Assembly (NCBI GenBank): GCA_001796515.1
Contig: MGMS01000009.1
Coordinates: forward strand, 28,054 to 92,053
Length of the DNA stretch: 64,000 bases
Reading direction: 5' to 3'
DNA from: Chloroflexi bacterium RBG_13_51_36
GTDB taxonomy: Bacteria; Chloroflexota; Dehalococcoidia; GIF9; AB-539-J10
The notes beneath the pieces were generated by a model. That model was not told the DNA's origin. It ran no database searches and saw only the letters and a program-made list of their open reading frames with translations. Shown in pieces: positions 26,775-37,619 of this stretch. Position numbers and translations under genes: made by a program. Position 1 is the stretch's first letter; every line of letters starts with the position of its first letter.

Positions 26775-28561
26775 GCAAAATCACAGAGGTAAAACAGAGG
26801 CTAGACATAGTAGAGCTTGTCTCTGAGTACGCTACTCTGCAAAAAGCAGGGCGCAATTTCAAGGGCTTGTGCCCCTTCCACAGCGAGAAGCACGCTTCTT
26901 TTTATGTCTTTCCGGAGCAACAGAGCTGGCATTGCTTTGGCGCGTGTGGGACCGGCGGCGACGTTTTTTCCTTTGTCATGAAGAAGGAGAGCATTGACTT
27001 CGGCCAGGCTCTTCGTCTTCTGGCTCAAAGGAGCGGCATAACTCTAGGCCCTCCGGAGGCGCCAAGCAAGGCTGAGGATGAGAAGAAAGAGAAATTATTT
27101 CAGATTAATGAGGCGGCCACTGAATACTACCGTCACCTGCTTTCGAGCGCCAAGGCAGGGGAGGTAGCAAGAAGCTATCTGGCGAAAAGAAAGGTCATGC
27201 CCGAGACTGTCAAGGAATTCCGCCTCGGTTTCAGTCCAGACGCCTGGGAGACCATCAAGAATTACCTGCTGGGAAGAGGCTACACGGAAAAGGAGCTGGT
27301 AGAAGCCGGTCTAACAGTTGAGAAAGAGGAAGGTGGTAGTTATGACCGATTTCGCAACCGATTGCTGTTTCCCATATGTGATATCCAAGGGCGAGTCACC
27401 GGTTTCGGAGCGAGAGTATTGGATGATTCTCTGCCTAAATATATCAACTCCCCCCAAACGCCAATTTTCGATAAGAGTAGCAGCTTGTATGGCATCGATA
27501 AGGCTAAATCTGCCATCAGAAAGAAAAACCTGATAATAATCGTGGAAGGCTACATGGATGTCCTCACAGCTCACCAGCACGGGTGGCAAAATGTAGTCGG
27601 CTCAATGGGAACTTCTTTAACCGAGAAGCAAGTGGAAGGCATGAAAAGGCTGACCAACAATATAACTCTCGCACTTGATGCCGATCTTGCCGGAGAAGAG
27701 GCTACGTTGCGGGGCAAAGCGATACTGGCCTACTCTAATGCTGAAGCGAACGTCATATTATTACCTCCGGGCAAAGACCCGGACGAAGTGGTAAAAGAGG
27801 AGCCTGCTCTCTGGCAGAAGCTTGTAGAGGAAGCTCTGCCTATTATGGACTTCGCCTTCAAATCCGTGATAAGTAAGGTCGATATGAACAAAGCCAGGGA
27901 CAAGTCTCTGGCTGTACAGAAACTACTGCCATCAATCTATGAGATTAAAGACCCCGTGCAACAATCCCATTACCTGAAGAAACTGGCACGTGAACTAAAA
28001 ATCGAAGAGTCTGCCATAAGAACCGCCTTGCGAGAATCGAAAGTCGGTCCTAAAAAGTCTCAACCTGGCAAACCAGCAGGACAATCTCGCCTTGCCCGCC
28101 AGCTTGTTTCCAGCCCTATTGAAGAACGCTGCCTGGCACTCTTGCTTCAATTCCCGGAGCTCCGTCCCCTGGCACAAGAGCTATCACCAGAACACTTCGA
28201 ATCCACGGAGAATCGGGAGGTCTTTTTGGCATGGCAACATTCCGCAGATGGCTCGAACCTTGAAGGCAAACTTGACACCAGTTTATTAGAACATTTATAT
28301 TACTTGGTTAAAAAAAATTTCCCACCGGCTATACGGGAAAGCGAGCGAACGCGACAGCGTGATTTGGCCCAGTGTATTCGCCGTCTACAGGAGAAGTTGT
28401 GCAGGAGATTAGAGCTTGAGAAAGAGGCGACGCTTGAGATTGAGAGAGAAAAGGGCGGCGTAGGCTCAGAGTTGTCAAAACTAGAGGAACAAGGAATAGA
28501 GTCCGGGCAAAAACTTCAAGAAGTCTTTATCAAGAAAGAAAGAAACCATGGATTCAATTAA
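26771..28561 (+). CDS. dnaG: DNA primase DnaG
   Basis: Zinc-ribbon '[13 protein letters not shown]...WHCFGCG', TOPRIM '[10 protein letters not shown]...[11 protein letters not shown]'. 4-nt overlap with dgt. Confidence 0.9.
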   Translation: MSKITEVKQRLDIVELVSEYATLQKAGRNFKGLCPFHSEKHASFYVFPEQQSWHCFGACGTGGDVFSFVMKKESIDFGQALRLLAQRSGITLGPPEAPSKAEDEKKEKLFQINEAATEYYRHLLSSAKAGEVARSYLAKRKVMPETVKEFRLGFSPDAWETIKNYLLGRGYTEKELVEAGLTVEKEEGGSYDRFRNRLLFPICDIQGRVTGFGARVLDDSLPKYINSPQTPIFDKSSSLYGIDKAKSAIRKKNLIIIVEGYMDVLTAHQHGWQNVVGSMGTSLTEKQVEGMKRLTNNITLALDADLAGEEATLRGKAILAYSNAEANVILLPPGKDPDEVVKEEPALWQKLVEEALPIMDFAFKSVISKVDMNKARDKSLAVQKLLPSIYEIKDPVQQSHYLKKLARELKIEESAIRTALRESKVGPKKSQPGKPAGQSRLARQLVSSPIEERCLALLLQFPELRPLAQELSPEHFESTENREVFLAWQHSADGSNLEGKLDTSLLEHLYYLVKKNFPPAIRESERTRQRDLAQCIRRLQEKLCRRLELEKEATLEIEREKGGVGSELSKLEEQGIESGQKLQEVFIKKERNHGFN

Positions 28562-30026
28562 GGAAGAACGTATTAACCTGGATGGTGATGAGGTGGTGGC
28601 TGAGGGCCTCCTCAGTGATGAAGCCGAAGTCGAGGATGTCAGCACGTTAGCTGAGGAAGTCGAAGAGAAGGAAGAGGGCGAAGAGTTTCTAGCTGAGGAG
28701 ACTGAAGAAATCAAGCCCCCGGCGCCGTTGGAAGAGCATGAGATAACCGATGACTCGGCCCGGATGTATCTTCAGGAAATCGGCAGAGTGCCACTTCTAA
28801 ATGTTAGTGAAGAGAAGCTGCTATGCCGCAAGATAGAACTGGGCAGGAGCCTGGAGGGAATCGAAGAAAACCATTTCAGAAAATATAAGAAGCTTCCTTC
28901 ACCCGTTGACATAGTCCTTCACGTAATGTCTCAATTAATTAAAGCATACCTCGTTGTTCAGATTGTCGTCGAGCACGTTGGTATAGATCGCTCCAGCAAT
29001 GTAGTGGCGACGATTAAGAATCTTAAATTTCGTTCCGCCATTGATGATGTTATAGACGCATCGTTAATAGAGGCGACTGCTAAGGGCTTGGGCAAGGGAG
29101 CCGATGCAGCCGAGGATGCTATAGTGAATCTGTCCATAAACAGTCAACTTTTGCCGCCGCAGTTGCTAGAGATTTTAGCCAGGGACAAGACTTCATGGCA
29201 AAGGCTGAAAACCATTCATACCAACAACAAGTTCTTATCTCGTATGGAGCCTATTGCCAATGAGTTCAAAGGTTACTTTGGACAGGTGCAGACTGAAGCG
29301 AAGGCATCGGAAAGGCACCTCACTGAGGCAAACCTGCGCCTGGTGGTGAGCATAGCCAAGAAATATATCGGGCATGGAATGCCTCTCCTTGAGCTTATCC
29401 AGGAAGGGAATATTGGCCTTATTCGAGCTGTAGATAAGTTTCAGTACAGGAAAGGCTATAAGTTCAGCACCTATGCAACATGGTGGATCAGGCAAGGCAT
29501 CACCCGATCTATAGCTGACCAATCCCGCGCCATTCGCATTCCCGTACACATGGTAGAGACAATCAACAAGCTGTTACGCACCATGCGGCAGTTAGTTCAA
29601 GAACTCGGACGCGAGCCAAGTTACGAAGAAATTGGCGGCCGCCTGGGTATGTCGCCGGAAAGAGTGGAGGAAGTCATGGCCCTATTCTTCCGTGAGCCCA
29701 TATCGCTGGATATGCCCATTGGCGAGGATGAAGACAGCCGGTTGGGCGACCTTGTTGAAGACCATGCCAGTTTGGCGCCGACTGAAGCCACTTCACAGCA
29801 GCTGCTCAAGGAACAAATAGACAAAGTACTTGGCGAACTTACCGATCGTGAGAAGAAGGTATTGCAGCTCAGATTTGGCCTAAAAGACGGACATGCTCGG
29901 ACCTTGGAGGAGGTGGGCAAAGAATTCAATGTGACTCGAGAAAGGATACGACAGATTGAAGGCAAGGCTCTGCGGAAATTACGTCATCCCACCCGCAGTC
30001 GGAAGCTCAAGGGTTATCTAGACTAG
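28548..30026 (+). CDS. rpoD: RNA polymerase sigma-70 factor RpoD
   Basis: Acidic region 1.1, region 2 '[27 protein letters not shown]', region 4 '[28 protein letters not shown]'. Confidence 0.9.
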   Translation: MDSIKEERINLDGDEVVAEGLLSDEAEVEDVSTLAEEVEEKEEGEEFLAEETEEIKPPAPLEEHEITDDSARMYLQEIGRVPLLNVSEEKLLCRKIELGRSLEGIEENHFRKYKKLPSPVDIVLHVMSQLIKAYLVVQIVVEHVGIDRSSNVVATIKNLKFRSAIDDVIDASLIEATAKGLGKGADAAEDAIVNLSINSQLLPPQLLEILARDKTSWQRLKTIHTNNKFLSRMEPIANEFKGYFGQVQTEAKASERHLTEANLRLVVSIAKKYIGHGMPLLELIQEGNIGLIRAVDKFQYRKGYKFSTYATWWIRQGITRSIADQSRAIRIPVHMVETINKLLRTMRQLVQELGREPSYEEIGGRLGMSPERVEEVMALFFREPISLDMPIGEDEDSRLGDLVEDHASLAPTEATSQQLLKEQIDKVLGELTDREKKVLQLRFGLKDGHARTLEEVGKEFNVTRERIRQIEGKALRKLRHPTRSRKLKGYLD

Positions 30027-30135
30027 ACCAACCTACGGAAATCTGGCAATTTTGATGAGAACCCAGCGGATCTGAAATCAAAGCATTAGAGGCCCCCAAG
30101 AGTCGCAGGACTTTCAGGGTGCTTTTAGAACGGTC

Positions 30136-31476
30136 TTATCTCAAGGGAATATCAAACATAGTCCCCATCTTCTTGGGTAGCTTGCCCCGTGTCAATGACT
30201 TGGTCAATTTCTGTATCTCCCGAAACTGGTTGAGAAGTTGATTGACGTCTTTGGACGTAGTGCCGCTCCCCCGGGCAATACGGCTTCGCCGTTTGCCATC
30301 GATGATGGCTGGATTGCGCCGCTCCTCATAAGTCATGGATAGAATCATAGCCTCTATCTTCTTTAGCTGTTTCTCACCTTGGTCATCCGGCAAATGTGAA
30401 GCCAATTTAGAGAAGCCCGGCATCATTTCCACCAGTCGCCCTAGCGACCCCATCTTGTGGATTTGACGCATTTGACCGAGAAGGTCCTCAAGGTCAAAAT
30501 CCCCGCTACGCATCTTTCCTTCCAGATTCTTGGCCTGTTGCTGATCAAAGGCCGTCTCAGCTCGCTCGATGAGGGTCAGCATATCTCCCATACCCAGAAT
30601 ACGAGATGCTAAACGGTCGGGATGAAATACTTCCAGCGCGTCTATTTTCTCACCCGTGCCCAAGTATTTTATGGGCACCCCGGTGACAAATCTTATAGAG
30701 AGAGCAGCCCCGCCTCGAGCATCTCCGTCCATCTTCGTCAGAATAAGTCCTGTGAGCCCGATGCGGCTATGGAATTCCTCAGCGACTCTTACGGCATCCT
30801 GCCCAATCATGGCATCTACCGTGAGTAATACTTCTGAAGGCTGTACCAAGGATTTAATGTCAACCAATTCCTGCATTAGGGCTTCATCGATATGCAGACG
30901 ACCCTGAGTATCTACTATGACCCAGTTCGCCTCTTTTTCTCTGGCCTGCTTCAGAGCGTGCTGGCAAATTGCCGTTGCTGTTGCGCCACCATCTTCACTG
31001 TATACCGGGATATCGTTTCGCTCACCCAGCAATTTGAGTTGTTCAATAGCAGCAGGTCGGCGAGTATCGGCAGCTACCAACAGCGGCCGCTGTCCTTGAT
31101 GTTTAAGGTGAACGGCTAACTTGACCGCGGTGATGGTCTTACCAGAGCCCTGCAATCCTACCAGCAGAGCGACCGCTGGCAAACCAGTAAGCGAAGCTAA
31201 ACGGCTAGCCTCTCCACCAAGGATAGCGATCAACTCTTCGTTGACAATCTTGATGATCTGCTGTGCCGGTGTCAGACTGCGCAATACTTCAGAGCCAAGA
31301 GCACGCTCTCGCACCTTGGTCAAGAACTGCTTGACCACCCTGAAATTCACGTCCGCTTCCAAAAGCGCCAGCCGTACCTGACGCAGCGCATCGTCAACGT
31401 CCCCTTCGCTGAGCTTGCCTTTCCTGCCAAGCTTATCAAATACAGCGGTCAATTTCTGGGTCAAAACTTCAAGCAT
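30136..31476 (-). CDS. ffh: signal recognition particle protein Ffh
   Basis: N/G domain 'GLQGSGKTIT' and 'DTQGR'. M domain, Met/Lys-rich C-terminus. Confidence 0.9.
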   Translation of the reverse strand: MLEVLTQKLTAVFDKLGRKGKLSEGDVDDALRQVRLALLEADVNFRVVKQFLTKVRERALGSEVLRSLTPAQQIIKIVNEELIAILGGEASRLASLTGLPAVALLVGLQGSGKTITAVKLAVHLKHQGQRPLLVAADTRRPAAIEQLKLLGERNDIPVYSEDGGATATAICQHALKQAREKEANWVIVDTQGRLHIDEALMQELVDIKSLVQPSEVLLTVDAMIGQDAVRVAEEFHSRIGLTGLILTKMDGDARGGAALSIRFVTGVPIKYLGTGEKIDALEVFHPDRLASRILGMGDMLTLIERAETAFDQQQAKNLEGKMRSGDFDLEDLLGQMRQIHKMGSLGRLVEMMPGFSKLASHLPDDQGEKQLKKIEAMILSMTYEERRNPAIIDGKRRSRIARGSGTTSKDVNQLLNQFREIQKLTKSLTRGKLPKKMGTMFDIPLR

Positions 31477-31602
31477 GCTACCCCTGAACTATTCTATTCT
31501 TAGCTGAATCCCGCAGTCAACTCATCTCGCCACGTCCGGAATTCTTCGTCTCAGACCAAGGATCCTATTGCACTTAGCCCGGAATCAGCATACTATATAG
31601 AT

Positions 31603-32079
31603 TTGATGGAACATCTTTGGGCGCCATGGCGGGTAGAATATATACATAGCGCCGCGGACAGCCGCTGCATTTTGTGTCAAAAACCGAGGGAAAGCAACGA
31701 CGAAGCAAACTGCATTCTTTATCGTGGTCAACACAATTTCATAATCCTGAACGCCTTTCCCTATAATCCAGGGCACTTGATGATCGCTCCTTATCGGCAT
31801 ATAGCAGGTTTGCAGGACTTGACAGATGAGGAAGCAAAGGAACATTTCGACGTTGTCAAGAAAGGCTTAGAGCTTCTAAAGGAGGTAATGAATCCCACGG
31901 GGTTCAATATCGGCTTGAATATGGGCAAAGTCGCTGGAGCCGGAATAGCGGAGCATATGCATACTCACATAGTGCCGAGGTGGCAAGGCGACACCAATTT
32001 CATGCCGGTGTTATCTGATACGAAAGTCGTATCGGAAGCTGTAAGTAGCACATACAGCAAGCTCAAGGCGAAGTTGTAG
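31603..32079 (+). CDS. HIT family hydrolase
   Basis: Histidine triad 'HMHTHIVPR' and 'NAFPYNPGHLMIAPYRH'. Confidence 0.8.
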   Translation: MMEHLWAPWRVEYIHSAADSRCILCQKPRESNDEANCILYRGQHNFIILNAFPYNPGHLMIAPYRHIAGLQDLTDEEAKEHFDVVKKGLELLKEVMNPTGFNIGLNMGKVAGAGIAEHMHTHIVPRWQGDTNFMPVLSDTKVVSEAVSSTYSKLKAKL

Positions 32080-32159
32080 CATAGCTGCCGGATTCTATTG
32101 AGACCGTTCAGTTACTCTCGTCGTAGTCAGAACGATAGCCAGATATAAAGGGGTTCGTC

Positions 32160-33299
32160 GTGTATTTCATCATTCTCCTGGGGATTGTCAGCCTATTCGG
32201 AGATATAACCTATGAAGGGGCCAGGAGTGTCACGGGGCCCTATCTCGCTACACTGGGGGCAAGTGCCGGTGTCGTCGGTTTGGTGGCTGGCGTCGGCGAA
32301 TTCGTGGGCTATGCTCTACGCCTGGCCTCTGGCCACCTGGCCGATCGCACCAAGGCATACTGGCTTCTGACCTTTATTGGATATGGACTGCTCTTGTCCA
32401 TTCCCTTGCTGGCATTTACTGGTCATTGGCAGCTTGCCGCTGTGCTTATCATTTTGGAGCGAATCGGGAAAGCGATAAGAAGTCCAGCGAGGGACACGAT
32501 GCTTTCTTATGGTGCAAAAGAGGTGGGGAGGGGCTGGGGGTTTGCGGTTCACGAGGCATTAGACCAGATTGGGGCTGTCACTGGCCCTATCTTCTTTTCC
32601 CTTGTCTTCTTTTTCCACGGTGGCTATGGTGAAGGCTTCACTCTGTTGTGGATACCCGCTTCGCTGACTATGGTCGTTCTGGCCATAGCCAGAAAGAAAG
32701 TCCCTTTACCGCAGAGACTCGAGCCTCCAGAGGAAGCGGGCAGACAAGACATTCAGGGCAAGCTTCCGCGAGTTTTCTGGCTCTATACTGTGTTCACTCT
32801 GTTTTCGATAGCCGGATTTGCTCATTTCCAGATAATTTCCTATCATCTGAAAGTCCAGTCCATTGTCCCGGATACTCAAATTCCCTTGATTTACGCCATT
32901 GCTATGGGTGTGGACGCCGTGGCAGCTCTTCTCGCGGGCAAAACGTACGATAGAGCGGGGCTTATGTCATTGTTGGCGGTGCCATTGTTAGCTGTGCCCA
33001 TCCCCTTCCTTGTTTTTTCCCATAGCTATACTCTGGTGATAGTTGGCATGGCATTATGGGGTGCGGTGATGGGAATCCAGGAGACGATTATGCGTGCCGC
33101 TATCGCCGACCTAACGCCTGTGGAGAGAAGAGGGTTTGCCTATGGGATCTTCAATACGGCATATGGAGCATCATGGTTTCTAGGGGCTGCCCTGATGGGG
33201 CAGCTCTATGAGCTTTCCATTTACTACTTAGTCTTGTTTGCCGTTGTCATGGAGCTAGTATCGATTCCGCTGCTTTTCGCGGTCAGAAGAGCAACCTAA
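32160..33299 (+). CDS. MFS transporter
   Basis: 379 aa, ~12 predicted TM helices. 'GHLADRTKAY' is the loop 2-3 D-R-x-G-R-like motif. GTG start. Confidence 0.75.
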   Translation: MYFIILLGIVSLFGDITYEGARSVTGPYLATLGASAGVVGLVAGVGEFVGYALRLASGHLADRTKAYWLLTFIGYGLLLSIPLLAFTGHWQLAAVLIILERIGKAIRSPARDTMLSYGAKEVGRGWGFAVHEALDQIGAVTGPIFFSLVFFFHGGYGEGFTLLWIPASLTMVVLAIARKKVPLPQRLEPPEEAGRQDIQGKLPRVFWLYTVFTLFSIAGFAHFQIISYHLKVQSIVPDTQIPLIYAIAMGVDAVAALLAGKTYDRAGLMSLLAVPLLAVPIPFLVFSHSYTLVIVGMALWGAVMGIQETIMRAAIADLTPVERRGFAYGIFNTAYGASWFLGAALMGQLYELSIYYLVLFAVVMELVSIPLLFAVRRAT

Positions 33300-33472
33300 C
33301 GATTGCCACGTCTAGTCGCAGGGCATCGCGAGTACAAGAGACGGGGCTCGCCCAGACTATCTCTCGAGATTGCCGCGCAGAGTTCACTCTGAGTGAAGGT
33401 AAGTTGTTCGCTTAGCTCAGGATGACAGAGAGCGAAGTGCTTCGCAATGACGATTCGAGTTGCCAGATCACT

Positions 33473-34288
33473 TCAGGCGGCTTGGGGGTAGGAGCCGAGT
33501 ATCTTAATGAAAGTAGTCTCTCTCTGTAATTCTGTCATGGCTTCTTGGCAAACCTCGCCATCTATATGACCCTCGAAATCAGCATAAAAAACGTATTCCC
33601 ACGGCTTCCTGCGGCTTGGTCTGGACTCCAATTTTGTCAAATTTATGTTCCTCGTGGCGAAGATACCCAGAATCCTGTATAGGGAGCCAGGCTTATGTTC
33701 AGTGGCAAAGACGAGAGAGGTTTTGTTTCTCTGCGCAGGTTTAGCTTTCTGCTTCGAGATAGCCACGAATTTGGTGTAGTTACTGGCACTCGTCTCAATC
33801 TCAGGTGCCAGGATTTCCAGTCCATAAATATCGGCGGCTCTTTTGCTGGCTATGGCAGCGCAATTCTTCAACTTTTTCTCTTTTATCATTTTGGCACTGC
33901 CCGCCGTATCATAGACGGGCATAGTTTCGACATTTACCTTACCTAGAAATCTCTCACATTGAGCCAGGGCTTGGGGATGAGAGTAGATCGTTGTTATATC
34001 CGCTAATTTCTGCCCCGGCAAAGCCATCAGACAATGGCTTACTCTGAGAATGACTTCAGAAAATATATTCAGAGGGTATGCCAGTAACAAATCGTACGTC
34101 TCGTTGATACTGCCGGCTTGAGAATTCTCCAGGGGGACTACCCCGAATTCAACCCTGTCCTTCGATACAAGTTCGAAAACCTCTTTCAGCCGGATACACG
34201 GCGAGAAATCAATGCTGCTGCCAAAAAGCTTCGCCGCAGCGTCCTCGCTGAAAGCGCCTCTTTCCCCTTGAAAAGCAACCTTGACCAT
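33473..34288 (-). CDS. pheA: prephenate dehydratase
   Basis: PDT domain 'VKVAFQGERGAFSEDAA...VPLENSQAGSINETYDLL' plus a C-terminal ACT domain. Confidence 0.85.
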   Translation of the reverse strand: MVKVAFQGERGAFSEDAAAKLFGSSIDFSPCIRLKEVFELVSKDRVEFGVVPLENSQAGSINETYDLLLAYPLNIFSEVILRVSHCLMALPGQKLADITTIYSHPQALAQCERFLGKVNVETMPVYDTAGSAKMIKEKKLKNCAAIASKRAADIYGLEILAPEIETSASNYTKFVAISKQKAKPAQRNKTSLVFATEHKPGSLYRILGIFATRNINLTKLESRPSRRKPWEYVFYADFEGHIDGEVCQEAMTELQRETTFIKILGSYPQAA

Positions 34289-34342
34289 GAGTCTATGACG
34301 AAGTATAGCTTAAACCTGCTTTGAGCTTCCAGTGTAGCCTGA

Positions 34343-35767
34343 TTAGCCCTTCCAGAAGCGCGGGGAGAATATCATGAAAACGGTAAACAGCTCCAACCGC
34401 CCCAGCCACATACAGAAGATCAAGATAACCTTGGCTGCACTGGGCAGCCAGGCAAAATTCGCAGCAGGACCTACTGCCCCCAGCCCGGGGCCACAGTTTG
34501 CCTGACAAGTCGCTACCGCCGAGAGCGACGTTTCTAAATCAAGTCCCAGGAAACAAAGCACTATTGAAGCTATAACTGCGACAAGAATATAGAGGAAGAA
34601 GAACGAGATCACATCTCTCATTACTCCCTCGGAGAGAGGCTTCCGGTTATATTTCACCGGAATCACAGCGTTAGGTGAAATAGCCTTTCTCATCATTACT
34701 CTCGCATATTTCAGTAGGGCTAAAATCCGCGCCACTTTTATTGCTCCCCCAGTAGAGCCACCACACGCTCCAATGAACATCAATGCCAGAAGCACGGCTC
34801 TGGTGCCGAAGTGCCAGGAGGCGAAATCGGCGGTGGCAAACCCGGTGCAAGTCATGATGGAGACTGCCTGAAAAAGCCCGTCCCTACATGAACTGAGACC
34901 CTGGGAAGCAACCAACACCAACGTAGCCACTAATAGGAGAACTGTGTAAAGTCTGAATTCTTCATCTTTAAGGATTCTGAAATTTCCTCTAAAGAATTGA
35001 TAATGAATGGCGAAGTTTGTGCCGCCAAGGAACATGAAGACTATGATGATATATTCCGCTAGGGGACTAGCGTAGGCCGCAATACTTGCCGTGGTAGGGG
35101 TAAACCCGCCCGTGGAAAGAGTCGTAAAAGAGACGCAAATCGAGTCGAAGAGCGGAAGCCTGGCCAGGAAATACAGGAGCGCTATTTGAGCGGCGGTAAA
35201 ACCTACGTAGATTGTCCACAGGAGCCTGGCTGTGGTGGTGAATCGGGGACGAAGCCTGTCAGGCATAGGACCAGTGGTCTCAAATTCAAAGAGCTGGGAA
35301 CCTCCTACGCCCAATTTGGGCAAGATAGCAATAAAGAGAATAATCACACCCATTCCACCCAGCCATTGAGTGAGGCTACGCCACAAGAGCGCGCTCTTGG
35401 GTAACGCTTCCACCACCGTCAATATGGAGGCTCCGGTGGTGGTGAAGCCAGACATGGCCTCGAAAAAGGCATCCAGAAAACCTAGCCCCAAGAATACATA
35501 GGGGAGCGTGCCAAAGAGGGAGATGAAAAGCCATGTGAAAGCTACTATGCTAAAGCCATCGGCACGCTCTATTTCCCTCGCGGTTTTGAATCCGAATTGA
35601 AGAATTAGCCCGACGCCGAGAGTGAGCAGCAGAGCATACAGGTAGATACGCCACCCCTCCTCGCCATAGTAAAGAGCTACACATAAGGGGAAAATGTAGG
35701 CTAAGGCGAAGTACTTTAGAAGTGAGCCAGTGATGTGTAGGGTTAGACTTACCCTTTGGCGAACCAT
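34343..35767 (-). CDS. trkH: TrkH/KtrB family potassium uptake protein
   Basis: 474 aa polytopic protein. Repeated selectivity-filter-like 'TTGAS', 'STGGF' and 'CTGFA' motifs of the TrkH family. Confidence 0.85.
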   Translation of the reverse strand: MVRQRVSLTLHITGSLLKYFALAYIFPLCVALYYGEEGWRIYLYALLLTLGVGLILQFGFKTAREIERADGFSIVAFTWLFISLFGTLPYVFLGLGFLDAFFEAMSGFTTTGASILTVVEALPKSALLWRSLTQWLGGMGVIILFIAILPKLGVGGSQLFEFETTGPMPDRLRPRFTTTARLLWTIYVGFTAAQIALLYFLARLPLFDSICVSFTTLSTGGFTPTTASIAAYASPLAEYIIIVFMFLGGTNFAIHYQFFRGNFRILKDEEFRLYTVLLLVATLVLVASQGLSSCRDGLFQAVSIMTCTGFATADFASWHFGTRAVLLALMFIGACGGSTGGAIKVARILALLKYARVMMRKAISPNAVIPVKYNRKPLSEGVMRDVISFFFLYILVAVIASIVLCFLGLDLETSLSAVATCQANCGPGLGAVGPAANFAWLPSAAKVILIFCMWLGRLELFTVFMIFSPRFWKG

Positions 35768-36405
35768 TTATTCATGAACTCGGTCCCGCGTTTGGTAACT
35801 TCCCGATTCACAATGAGAGTCAGCCAGTCTTTCGGCCGCATCTCCTTGTCCTCATCCAGATATTTTTCCACTCTCTGTACCACGAGGACCTTCACACCGA
35901 TTGGAGCTGCTAACTCGGACACGCTCCGCCCGACACACTTCATGCCCTCCTCAATCTCTATTTCGAAGATCTCCGCCCTTTCGAAAGAGAGAAAGTCCTT
36001 GACATAAGGGTGTGAAATCAGGCGGTGGATGTGCCTGGCTGCTACTATGTCCGGGTTGACCTGTAGGTTAATTCCAGCCTGCCTGAAGGTTTCCGTATGC
36101 TCTGCTTCATCCACAAGAGAAATCACCGTTTTTACCCCCATATCCTTGGCCATCATGCAAATCATCAAGTTTTCCGAATCGTCACCAGCTGCAGCCACAA
36201 AGGCATGGGCGCTCCTCACTCTCGCCTCTTCGAGGGTAGACTTCTGACTGGCGTCTCCTGTGATCGCTACAACCTCAGAGTTTTCTGCTATCGCTGTGCA
36301 TCTGGCGGGGTCCCGGTCTATAACCAGTACCTCATTCCCTTCTTTGGCAAGGAGCTCTGCCAAATTCTTCCCAATATCACTTAGGCCTGCTACTACGATA
36401 TACAT
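35749..36405 (-). CDS. trkA: TrkA/KtrA potassium uptake NAD-binding subunit
   Basis: 'MYIVVAGLSDIGKNLAELL' Rossmann GxGxxG motif and a C-terminal TrkA-C domain. Overlaps the trkH start. Confidence 0.85.
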   Translation of the reverse strand: MYIVVAGLSDIGKNLAELLAKEGNEVLVIDRDPARCTAIAENSEVVAITGDASQKSTLEEARVRSAHAFVAAAGDDSENLMICMMAKDMGVKTVISLVDEAEHTETFRQAGINLQVNPDIVAARHIHRLISHPYVKDFLSFERAEIFEIEIEEGMKCVGRSVSELAAPIGVKVLVVQRVEKYLDEDKEMRPKDWLTLIVNREVTKRGTEFMNKWFAKG

Positions 36406-36615
36406 TGCTTATCTTTGATAGCCAGTCAACTTTGCCATACTTTCAATGAACTGCAGAACTGATACTGAATAGAAGGAGCTTCGAATCAAGAAGCAAACAG
36501 ACTTGAAGACTGACCTAGAATGCTGGCCACACTCCATTCGCATACTTCAATGTTTCACAGCTTTCAAGCATCGAGCGATTTTACCCCCCACCAACATGCT
36601 TGTCAAGTACTGAGT

Positions 36616-37455
36616 TCACCGGGCAGGGATTTCCTTTCTCAACTCTGCTAGCCAGGTCAGTGACTTAAGCTCTCGCTGCAAAATGTATCTTATGTACTGC
36701 TGAAGTACCTGCTCCAGCTCGCTGGACAATTCCGGTTTCACTCTAACTCGCGTTGCCGTGGCATAGTCACAGCTTTGCCACAGACGAAGAACCTTCAAGG
36801 CCCCGACCGAAACGGGAAGATGGGGTGCTAGTGAAGTTGGTTCGTTTTGCTCGTAACGGTCAGCTTCTTCGGCACCACAATCAGGGCACAAGAACCCCCC
36901 CTTGCCGGGGCTGAAGAAATTGACTACTGGCTTGAGGGACGAATCGCAGTTAACACAACGGCGCAACTGTGGACGATAGCCGAGGTGGTGGAGAAGATGT
37001 AGCTCAAAATAACGCAGCACGGTCTCATTGCTACGCTGCTCGCTTAACTGGTTTAAGATGTCCAGCAACAAGTCAAACAAAGGACGACTTTCGCCCCCTT
37101 CAACAGTGAAGGAATCAATAAGCTCCAGGATGTAGAACCCACAAGCCATCCGCCATAAATCGCTTTTCAAAGCCAGGAAACCATTTATCGTTTGGCTTTG
37201 GGTAATAATGTCGAGATTACGTCCTTTGGCCAGCAGCATCAAGCTGTATGTCAGAGGTTCCACGTTGCCACCCAGTTTGCTCCCGGGACGGCAGGCTCCT
37301 TTGGCTACCGCCTTCAACTTGCCAAACTCTGGGGTATAGATAGTGACAATCTTGTCGGCTTCGCCCAGCTTGATTTGTTTCAAGATGATGCCTTGTGTTT
37401 GATAATTCCGAGACGCGCCCACCTTAGGCCTCAGCCTGCAGATACAGAATACCAA
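36616..37455 (-). CDS. recO: DNA repair protein RecO
   Basis: N-terminal OB fold 'QGIILKQIKLGEADKIVTIYTPEFGKLKAV' and C-terminal zinc motif 'CVNCDSSL...CPDCG'. The true start may be an internal GTG (VGASRNY). Confidence 0.75.
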   Translation of the reverse strand: MVFCICRLRPKVGASRNYQTQGIILKQIKLGEADKIVTIYTPEFGKLKAVAKGACRPGSKLGGNVEPLTYSLMLLAKGRNLDIITQSQTINGFLALKSDLWRMACGFYILELIDSFTVEGGESRPLFDLLLDILNQLSEQRSNETVLRYFELHLLHHLGYRPQLRRCVNCDSSLKPVVNFFSPGKGGFLCPDCGAEEADRYEQNEPTSLAPHLPVSVGALKVLRLWQSCDYATATRVRVKPELSSELEQVLQQYIRYILQRELKSLTWLAELRKEIPAR

Positions 37456-37619
37456 ACGAATCCAAATGTCTAGTCAAAGTTCAAAGCTTCTTTTTGGAGG
37501 AGCGTTTGGATTCCAGCAAGTGTAATAGAGATTATCTTCATTGCCGCAAGACTCCCTTCTGGTATTATACCTTGGTCAGTTCGGCAATCATAATTGAGAG
37601 CAGCTACCTGAGTCTCAGC